Shown here: positions 53,663-62,100 of the stretch, in pieces
How the letters are laid out: the number at the start of each line of letters is the position of its first letter
Position numbering within the stretch: the first letter of the stretch is position 1
Virus record (IMG/VR): IMGVR_UViG_3300017987_000070
Coordinates: 1 to 64,000 of that record
Direction: 5' to 3' (one strand)
DNA: 64,000 bases
DNA from: a virus
Made by a program: the position numbers and the translations under genes
The notes under the pieces: model-generated
What the model was told of the DNA's origin: nothing
The model's input: only the letters and a program-made list of their open reading frames with translations
Database searches by the model: none

Positions 53663-55732
53663 ATGCATGTAGATAGCAACGAAACGAAGCTGGACGTGGT
53701 GGGAGATGTTCACGGGTGCTACGACGAGTTGATCGAACTCGTCGAGAAGCTCGGATACGTCAAGGGGGAACGTGATTCCCTGTACCGTCACCCCGAGGGA
53801 CGCCATCTGGTCTTCGTGGGTGACCTCACCGACCGTGGCCCGAAGAACCGTCTCGCCCTTCTGTTTGCTCTGAGGCATTCGGAGGCGGGTCTTGCCACAT
53901 ACGTGCAGGGGAACCACGACAACAAGCTTGGGCGCGTGCTCAAGGGCAATGACGTTTACATCGGACATGGCCTTCAGGACACGTTGGATGAGCTACAGGA
54001 CATGAGCGCTGATCAGAAGCTCAAGCTCTCTGAGCGCATCCTGAGCCTCCCCATCTACGCGACGTTCGACGGCGGAAAGCTCCTCGTGGCACACGCCGCT
54101 CCTCCGCCCAAGGGTGCTTCCCGTAAGAAAGCCTTCTCCACTTGCCTGTATGGTCACACGACGGGGAGGAAGACCGAAAAGGGGTTCCCCGAGCGTCTGA
54201 ACTGGGTCCCGACCTACAACGCGGAGGCGGGTGATGATACGCCCTTTGTGGTGTACGGTCACGTGACGCACAAGGAGGCGTACCTCACGGACCACGCGTG
54301 CTGTATCGACACGGCGTGCTTCGCGGGGAACAAGCTCTCTGCGTTCCGCTACCCGGAGCACAAGATCGTCTCGGTGAAGTCGCAGCAGTCGTGGGATGGG
54401 GAGACGGATCTCGTCTTGCATGACAAGAAGAACGCTCCTACTCCCACGCGAGGCATCAAGGCGTCTCCTATGACGACGCTTCACCTCCCCACGCTCTTGA
54501 AGAGGCTTCGTGAGAATGAGGAGGAGGTCCTCTACCTCATTGACACGGACCCGAAGCTCAAGAAGAGAGAGCACGAGAACGGGCTCATCATCGCGAACTC
54601 GTCACCCGCGCTTTTCGAGCCGGAGGAAGAGCACCAGATGTACGCCAAGGGGATCGTCTACACGCGTGACCCCTACCGTCTGGTGTCTCTTCCTCTCATC
54701 AAGATGTTCAACCACACGATGCGAGAGATCTCGGACAACACGACGAAAGAGATGCTCGCGGACAAGGAGGTGAGCGTCATCTTCCCTGACAAGGCAGACG
54801 GCACCATGATTCAGGTGTTCGAGCACGACGGGGAGGTGTACCTGACGACGCGCTCTGTACTGGAAGGTACTGAGACTGACATGGATGAGGGGAACTTCGA
54901 CTATGTGGGAGAAGCGAGGAAGATCCTCGCGGAGAAGTACCCTCTGGCGTTGAAGCATGACATCGTGAAGACGTACAGTCTCGTCTTCGAGATGATTCAC
55001 CCTGACACGCGTATCGTCACCGACTACGGGGACCGTCGTGACATGGTTCTCCTCGCAGTGTACGATCACGTTGAGAACTGCTACAAGTCGAGCGACTTCC
55101 TCAACCGGATGCCCTACCTCTACGGCTTCACGGTAGGGAAGAATCACTCTCCTGACACGGGCAGCTTCGACGGGGACGTCAAGGCGATCCTCGATCACCT
55201 CGACACCGAGTATGACAACATGCCGGAAGGCGTGATCGCGGTCTTCGAGAAGGAAGGGGAGATTCAGCACCGGGTCAAGATCAAGACGCAGGACTACCTT
55301 CGTTACCACCGTCTGAAGTTCCACTGCACCTACAAGAGCGTGGTGCAGATGGCGTGGTTCAATGAGGACCTACACGAGTGGGATGCCTTCCTGGCGTACC
55401 TTCGAGAGAACGGTCTGACCGAGGAAGAGGTCGAGAGCTTCTACAAGGAGCACTTCGAGGAGTTCAAGGTCTGGCTCGACAGCGTGAAGGCGCGGCAGGA
55501 GGAGGTCCTGTCCTGGCTCGAAGGGTACAACTCTGGGGTTGACACCTCGGACAAGCGCCTGTACTATAAGAACCTAGCGATGACTGCCAAGGAGCAGAAG
55601 CCCGACGTCTTCGGGCTCATCATGCTCGCAGCTCGAAAAGGAATCGACCTCATTGAAGTCATGAGGGCCTTCCCTGCCTATGACGGCTTCAAGGGGGAGG
55701 TGGATAAGTGGAGGAAAGAGAATGAAGCTTGA
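53663..55732 (+). CDS. RNA repair enzyme: Pnkp-type metallophosphoesterase fused to T4 Rnl1-like RNA ligase
   Basis: GDVHG, GDLTDRG, GNHD, YGH and IDT.C..G.KLSA phosphoesterase motifs. KMFN, KADGT, FEMI, PEGVI and RVKIK ligase motifs. Confidence 0.85.
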   Translation: MHVDSNETKLDVVGDVHGCYDELIELVEKLGYVKGERDSLYRHPEGRHLVFVGDLTDRGPKNRLALLFALRHSEAGLATYVQGNHDNKLGRVLKGNDVYIGHGLQDTLDELQDMSADQKLKLSERILSLPIYATFDGGKLLVAHAAPPPKGASRKKAFSTCLYGHTTGRKTEKGFPERLNWVPTYNAEAGDDTPFVVYGHVTHKEAYLTDHACCIDTACFAGNKLSAFRYPEHKIVSVKSQQSWDGETDLVLHDKKNAPTPTRGIKASPMTTLHLPTLLKRLRENEEEVLYLIDTDPKLKKREHENGLIIANSSPALFEPEEEHQMYAKGIVYTRDPYRLVSLPLIKMFNHTMREISDNTTKEMLADKEVSVIFPDKADGTMIQVFEHDGEVYLTTRSVLEGTETDMDEGNFDYVGEARKILAEKYPLALKHDIVKTYSLVFEMIHPDTRIVTDYGDRRDMVLLAVYDHVENCYKSSDFLNRMPYLYGFTVGKNHSPDTGSFDGDVKAILDHLDTEYDNMPEGVIAVFEKEGEIQHRVKIKTQDYLRYHRLKFHCTYKSVVQMAWFNEDLHEWDAFLAYLRENGLTEEEVESFYKEHFEEFKVWLDSVKARQEEVLSWLEGYNSGVDTSDKRLYYKNLAMTAKEQKPDVFGLIMLAARKGIDLIEVMRAFPAYDGFKGEVDKWRKENEA

Positions 55733-55738
55733 GGTCCT

Positions 55739-55906
55739 ATGAGGTGGCTAGACAAACCTATTCGGTGGACCTTCTGGCATACCCTCATCCTTACGGTGAG
55801 TGTGCTCGGAGCCCTCTACCTAATGGACGCACCCCTACGAATCATGGTATACGCTGCCTGCGTTTACCCTACCATTCACATAGCCATGCGTATTCTGAGA
55901 GGATAA
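55739..55906 (+). CDS. 55-aa small membrane protein (not in ORF track)
   Basis: GAGG then ATG. MRWLDKPIRWTFWHTLILTVSVLGALYLMDAPLRIMVYAACVYPTIHIAMRILRG* has two hydrophobic segments. Confidence 0.5.
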   Translation: MRWLDKPIRWTFWHTLILTVSVLGALYLMDAPLRIMVYAACVYPTIHIAMRILRG

Positions 55907-55937
55907 CATGCGTATGTCTTGACGGTTTGTGAGAGGG

Positions 55938-56723
55938 TCAGATCTTGAGAGCCTTGCTCACCTGAGTGTAGCCCTGATTGTAAAGGTCAAGGGCTTCCTC
56001 ACGGTTCATGAGCAAGTTCGCGCCGCTCTTGGTGGTCTTGACCCGTATCGTCCTGGCGAACACGGCATCTTCCATGTGCTCTTTGTCGATAGCTCCCATC
56101 ATCGTGCCCAGAACTGCGAACCCGTAGTCGAGTAGAGACTCCACGGGCTTCCTCTCTGGGTCAGAGACGACCTTGATTCCGATCACGTCTTCACCTGACC
56201 CGAAGATGTCCAGTGGGAACCCCACCGCGACGCCTCCGTCTACATAACGCGCGCCTTCTATCTCGACGGGAGTGAACGCGAAGGGTACCGACATGGAAGC
56301 TCTCACCGCCAAGGGCAAATCGGCATCGGGGGTATCATGTGAGGAGAACACCACGCTCTCTTGCGTGTCAATGTTCACGGTCCCTACGTGCAGAGGTATG
56401 ACCGTATGCCCGAAGGTACGTGACATCTCCTGACGGAAGACGTCAAGGAAGGCGTGACCTTTGATCAAGCCCCAGGATAAGGGAGGGAACCACGACGGAT
56501 CGATGAGACCGAGGTTGTCCCCCGGAGCCGTATCCAAGATCACCTGCTTGATGTCCTCTGAGGACTTCCCAGAAGCCACGAGAGCGGCGATGATACTCCC
56601 ACCCGATACCCCGGCTATCTCCTCTATCTCAAAGCTCTCTGTGAGCCTGGAAATGGCTCCAGCGTGAAGGGGATACAGAAGCCCAGAACCGGAAAGCACG
56701 ACTTTGATTTTGGGTTTGCTCAT
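55938..56723 (-). CDS. Patatin-like phospholipase
   Basis: VVLSGSG, AGVSGGS nucleophile elbow, AVRASMSVP and YVDGG catalytic Asp. Confidence 0.9.
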   Translation of the reverse strand: MSKPKIKVVLSGSGLLYPLHAGAISRLTESFEIEEIAGVSGGSIIAALVASGKSSEDIKQVILDTAPGDNLGLIDPSWFPPLSWGLIKGHAFLDVFRQEMSRTFGHTVIPLHVGTVNIDTQESVVFSSHDTPDADLPLAVRASMSVPFAFTPVEIEGARYVDGGVAVGFPLDIFGSGEDVIGIKVVSDPERKPVESLLDYGFAVLGTMMGAIDKEHMEDAVFARTIRVKTTKSGANLLMNREEALDLYNQGYTQVSKALKI

Positions 56724-57778
56724 CAGGCTCTCCCTCTCATGATGTCATAGAGCAGATCGTTGATTTTGCGCACTATCTTGAAGACATGGCGGTTCCCCGT
56801 AAGGTACCCGTCCTCGTCGTCGGTTCGAGGCCAGTCGAAGACTTCTACGCTCTCGTGCTCGTAGCCGTTGCCTTCCACTATAATCTCAAAACGGATGTTC
56901 GTATCATCTTCTCTCACGGGCATCATAGTTACGAGGTAGTGGCCTTGTCGTCCCTCGTGGGCATCGCGACCGAAGCTACCCCGGACTTCAGGAGCACCTC
57001 CGGCCATACTGGACACGCTAGCAGGTCCGTCAAACATGCCTCCCATCCCGCGCGCGAACTCGGCGTACATCTCTTCGACGGGTAGGGGCTCTCCTTCAAG
57101 CTTATCGTAACTCACTACAACGTGAGGATGCTTGGCGAGGAACGCTTCTACCTCAGCCTTTTGAATCTGAGGGTTCCCTTCCACGTAAAGATAGCTTGGA
57201 ATGACCTTGAGCTTCAAGAGCGTGCCCTTGGGCATGTTCCGGTCCTCAAAGCTCAACGAACCCAGGTTGGGGGCGAAGTTGTTAGCTACCCAAAGCGCCT
57301 CCTCGTTGGTCAGAGCTACCTTTCCCAAGACCAAATTGATGATACCCTGGTTCGCTTTGGTCCCGAGTAAGACTTTACGTGCGAGGGCTTTGTTTTTAGA
57401 CAGGGACGAGAATGGTAGGCTTCGGTCATTGTATACCTTGGCGAATTCAATCTTGTACCTTGATGCAGGCTTATCGTAGGTTCTCAAGGTGAGAGGCCCC
57501 ATTGTGCGTACCTCATCGGGGAACTTATCCAACGCTCGATGCACGTAAGGGACGACCTGATTCTCGGTACGAGCACGATCAATCGCATCCATCTCCACCA
57601 CGACCCTGAGTACCTGCTTGTACGTGCGGAGGTCTTTCTTGCCGTTGAGCACAGAGCGGAGTTCGCCAAAGAGCCGGTTGAAGTCGTCGTTGGCGATCAA
57701 CACTCGTAGGTGCGGTCTAAGTTGAGGGTGAATCTTTCCGAGCTTTATAAGATTATATCTAAACTTATCTTCAGTCAT
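56723..57778 (-). CDS. Leader + FGELRS domain + LRR-like protein
   Basis: Begins MTEDKFRYNLIKLGKIHPQLRPHLRVLI, then FGELRSVL...VVPYV...L..FP and LRR-like INLVLG, LGSLSF. Confidence 0.7.
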   Translation of the reverse strand: MTEDKFRYNLIKLGKIHPQLRPHLRVLIANDDFNRLFGELRSVLNGKKDLRTYKQVLRVVVEMDAIDRARTENQVVPYVHRALDKFPDEVRTMGPLTLRTYDKPASRYKIEFAKVYNDRSLPFSSLSKNKALARKVLLGTKANQGIINLVLGKVALTNEEALWVANNFAPNLGSLSFEDRNMPKGTLLKLKVIPSYLYVEGNPQIQKAEVEAFLAKHPHVVVSYDKLEGEPLPVEEMYAEFARGMGGMFDGPASVSSMAGGAPEVRGSFGRDAHEGRQGHYLVTMMPVREDDTNIRFEIIVEGNGYEHESVEVFDWPRTDDEDGYLTGNRHVFKIVRKINDLLYDIMRGRA

Positions 57779-58012
57779 TGGGTTTACCCTCATTCGTCCG
57801 CATCAAGAGTGATGCCGCCGTGATTGAACAGTGGCCTTCTGAATGCCGCAGTTCAGGTTTTTGGTCAGTACGGATAACATGGCATCGTAGTGTGAACGTT
57901 TGATTCGATAAGATCGGCATAACGTTTGATGGTCTCTCCCTCCAGATAACGAAAGATAACCAGAGAGGTCGAATGTCCTCTTCAAGTCTCTCTTCGAGAG
58001 CTTTCCTCGTCC

Positions 58013-59188
58013 TCAGAGGTTAGGGTCTTCTTGTGAGAAGCAATAGAACGTCGCTGTTCCAAACTCGCCGTAGTACGGCTGGTCATTCAGAAGCTTGATG
58101 CGTACTTGCATCCCCGCAGAGGAGTAGAGTGAGATCACCGCCTGATAGTCCCAGGGATACGTGATAACACCATATTGCATATCACGCTCCCCACGCAATT
58201 CTGAGGGCGCTTTGGAAGGAGGGATCGACGGATAGCTACCGTTGGCCTCGTTGATAAAGTCTTTCATGCTCTTATAACGAATCGCCGCGCCGAACGGCAC
58301 ACTATCCCCCGGATTCGGAGTGAACCCCAGAGACGCGGCCAACGCGGCTTGGTCGGAAGCGGGAAGCGCGCCGAATAGACCGAAAGTTTGGAATTCCATC
58401 GTATCTCGAATTGAGATGTCTTCCGAGAATTGAATCTCCACGCTACGAAGCTCCAGTAACTTGCCCATTGTAGGGGTTAAGTAGAACTCCGAGGTCTGAG
58501 CATAGTAGTAGGTGGCCGTCACCACTGCGCCGGGGTCAGGAGCTTCATCAAAGGTGACACAGCCGTTGGTGTAGTCTATAATGTAGTCGCCGCCAGGGTT
58601 TTCAACAGTGATCTCATTTTTTAGGTTCCCATCTACCTTAACTATTGGCGCATAGGATTCCCCGGTCATGGTAGTCAGAAAGTCTTCCATCCAAATGCGC
58701 CCGTGCGTGACATCAATGATATACGGCATGTCCCCGTAAGGTACTGTGATGCCGTCGAAGTTCATTCTGAACGTTCGGTTGTTCTCCTGAGAGGGTATGA
58801 GCACCTGATCCTCAATTTTAGCTGCGCTGGTGTACCACGTGCGGGGATCAGTAAAGTCATGAGTGATGATGTTGACGCGAGACGCGGCGGGGGGGAACGA
58901 GGCCACGTCCAGGCGACCTTCGTTAATTCGCGCACCTTCGATAGCTACTTGTATCGCGCTGCTCCCCGTGGGGGCACCGTCATGACCCGCCACTACCTGA
59001 GTCAAGACCGCCTCATCGGTGGGGTTGAGCGATTGAGCCATGATGATGTCTACCTCATCTCCGCTCTGGTCTATTCGACGCAACGCCACGGTAATCTCTG
59101 AAGTACGAATCTCGGTTTCGAGTTTACTCAGGTTGACACTGCCCCCGAAGTCGGAAGCTACGCTAAATAAATAGGAAGTATCTGCCAT
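58013..59188 (-). CDS. Virion structural/fibre-associated protein
   Basis: RBS GAGGAG. DYIIDYTNGCVTF...VTATYYY structural motif. N-terminal domain shared with the upstream fibre gene. Confidence 0.6.
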   Translation of the reverse strand: MADTSYLFSVASDFGGSVNLSKLETEIRTSEITVALRRIDQSGDEVDIIMAQSLNPTDEAVLTQVVAGHDGAPTGSSAIQVAIEGARINEGRLDVASFPPAASRVNIITHDFTDPRTWYTSAAKIEDQVLIPSQENNRTFRMNFDGITVPYGDMPYIIDVTHGRIWMEDFLTTMTGESYAPIVKVDGNLKNEITVENPGGDYIIDYTNGCVTFDEAPDPGAVVTATYYYAQTSEFYLTPTMGKLLELRSVEIQFSEDISIRDTMEFQTFGLFGALPASDQAALAASLGFTPNPGDSVPFGAAIRYKSMKDFINEANGSYPSIPPSKAPSELRGERDMQYGVITYPWDYQAVISLYSSAGMQVRIKLLNDQPYYGEFGTATFYCFSQEDPNL

Positions 59189-59190
59189 GA

Positions 59191-62100
59191 TTATCTCCTC
59201 TCCAGTACAGTTAAGGATCTGCCAATGGTGATCACGGTAGCTGAAGACACAGCTCGTCTTACCGTGACGACATCTCCCGAGTTCAGGCTGAGCAGGCTCG
59301 AAAAGCTGACCGTGAATTGTCTATTGGCACCTACAAAGGCGACCGTCTCATAGGATCGTAGGGTGTTGGGAACTTGCGTACCATTGACGTAGAGCGCGAA
59401 TGAGGTCGACACAGGCGCATTTGTGGTGATGCTGGTGAGGCTAACGTGTGCGATGTACGAAGATGTGTTGTTCACCGTGATGGACAGATCAGGAACGTCT
59501 ACGAAGGTCGTAGACGTCGTGCTCACCGCGTTGGAGGCACTGACCTGTTGGTCATCAAGAGCGGGCAGCGACACGTTAACCTCAGTTTGGTTCCCGCCCG
59601 CGTTGGCTACGGACACGAGTGGTCCGGTGAAGTTGAGCGTGTCGTAGGTGCCGGGAAGAGACGCGCCCTCATCTTGGATGGTGATCGCACTGCCGGGAGG
59701 CCCTTGCGGCCCTTCAGGACCTTGTACGCCTCGGATAGCATAGATCACCAGACCACATTGATCTGCCACGGTGCGTATATCGTCGTTACCTGAGAGACGG
59801 CGAGCTTCGAGGCGGAGCTGATCTCCCACGTCGAGGTCCAAAATCGTGGTCACACTGGCGTTACCTCGACCTTGTGAGCTGTTACGGTTGTAAACCGCGC
59901 CGGTCATGCCAGGGATGCTCGCAAAGCCTCCTCCCGTGTTTCGGGTGACACGTACCTCCGAGGTGGTACGTCCACCCGAGTCAAAGTTTTCCAAGGTACC
60001 ATAGCCTATGATCACGTAGCGGCCTGCTACATTGACCGTGACGTTGGATGTCCCTGGAATATGTGTAAAAGCTGAGGTTATGAGGTTCTGCGCGCCCAAA
60101 GGGACTGCTGCAAAGGACGTGGGTAGCGTGGGACCATTAACAGTGGTGACACCCGCGAATGCGTTAAGATCTTGAGAGAGGGTACGACTCTCCAGAGTCC
60201 AACCCCCGGACCCGTTCGACACCAAGATGCGATCGGCTACAGCGCCACCGCTCGAAAGGTTTTGAACCACAAGTGAATCAGATCCGCCAGCGCTGTGTGT
60301 TGAGGCGTGAGCGTTGGGATCTCTGGGTTGGGAGGCATCATCCAAAGTAGCGTCAGTGATTTTCCCGTTCAACTCGGCAAGAGTACCTGAACCAAGGTTC
60401 CCTATGTCCGTGTTGTGAGGGTTGTCCGTCCGAGCGATGTGTGTGTTCGTGGTGCTCGCCTGAGCTGACACGTCGATACCGTCAACTGTGGAGACGTTGA
60501 CTACAGCGTTTCCGCCAATATCTACGTTACCTGTGAAGGCTCTACCTCCATCGGTTCGAGCATACTGAGGGTGATCATCATCCCCCAGACCGCTCAAGGA
60601 GCCGTGGTCTGTCGTATCAGTAGGTGTAGGAATGAGCACCCAACCGCCCGTGCCGTTAGACTCCAAGATGCGTCCTGAAGGCGCGGCCCCGCTGGATAGG
60701 TCTTGAGCGGTTACCGGGTCGCTGCCCCCGGCGCTGTGCGTTGAGGCGTGAGCGTTGGGATCTCTGGGTTGGGAGGCATCATCCAAAGTAGCGTCAGTGA
60801 TTTTCCCGTTCAACTCTGCCAGAGTACCTGAACCAAGGTTCCCTATGTCCGTGTTGTGAGGGTTATCTGTGCGAGCGATGTGTGTGTTGGTTGTGGTCGC
60901 TTGAGCTGACACATCCACGCCGTCAACCAAACCCACGTTGGTCACATCATTGGTGCCCAGATCAACATCTCCCGTAAACGCGCGTGTTCCCGATGCCAGC
61001 ACATACTGAGGGTGATCATCATCTGCCAGCCCCCCTAACGCGCCGTGATCTGTGATCACCGTAGGTGTGGCGATCAAAGAGAAGCCCCCTGTTCCATCGG
61101 TCTCCAGCAGTTGTCCCGAAGGTGCAGCCCCACTCCCCAGGTTTTGCACCGTAAGCTCATCACTCCCGCCTTGTTCGTGTGTTGAGGCATGTGCGTTAGG
61201 ATCACGTGGGTCACTGGCATCGTCCAACGTGGCGTCAGTGATCTTACTATTCAACTCGGCAAGAGTACCAGAGCCAAGGTTTCCAATGTCCGTGTTGTGA
61301 GGGTTGTTCTGCTGCGCGATGTGTGTCGTGGCGTTGGTGTTGAGCGCGGACACATTCACGCCATCGACATCCCCTGTAACTTGAATATCTCCTGCGACCG
61401 AAAGATTGCCGCTGTCACTGATGGTCACCGTGGAGTCTTGAATGACCTGACCCGTAACTCCATCAAAGCGCGCCACGGCGTTATCCGTAGAGCCCCCTGC
61501 ATTAGAGACTTGACCGGGCGTCACTGGGCGTTCAAACCATACGCTGCCGTCAAAGATATAAAACAGACCGTTGGATTGGACAAACGCCTCATCCCCCTCT
61601 TGAACTACCAGGGCATCACGAGCCGAAATGTCTGCGACCACATCAAACGAGGGAAGCGCCGATGCCGGAATTTGACTTGTCGGTACCTTGCCCGTAGCGT
61701 CTAGCTCTGCTACCCCGTTATTCGCACCCTTCTGTGAGGTAGGGATTGCTCCAACGTCAGAAGCCGTGGTACCGTGGGGGTTGCCCGAAACGATGTTACG
61801 GTGTACGGTGTTGGCCGCCACGTCGGAGTTCGCGCTGACGCGAGCTTCCGTGTAGTAAAGGTTTGTGCCCCCTTCACTCAACTCATCGGTGTCCTTGTTA
61901 GAAAACGCTGTATCAAAGCGACCCGAGTTCAGGTATTGCGTGTGAGGGTCGCCCACAGTAAGATCGGGCAAGCTGTTGTGGGAGAGGGGATCACTGCCTC
62001 CGTCCTGATGTGTGGCCGCATGAGATACAGGAGGGCGTGCCGTACCCGCTGCGTCTACAGTCTCGGGAAACAGCTTGTCGTTAAACTCTGAGAGGTCAAA

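Noticed and set aside
55729-55932. ORF-track 67-aa ORF after the RNA ligase
   Set aside because: TTG start with no features; the overlapping frame 55739..55906 has an RBS, an ATG and a coherent membrane-peptide sequence.
59692-59730. Collagen-like domain in the fibre
   Set aside because: Only about four G-x-y triplets; a short linker, not a collagen domain.
60290-61370. Diversity-generating retroelement template/variable repeat pair
   Set aside because: Repeats are in-frame tandem units within one gene, differences are not adenine-specific, and no reverse transcriptase is present in the window.
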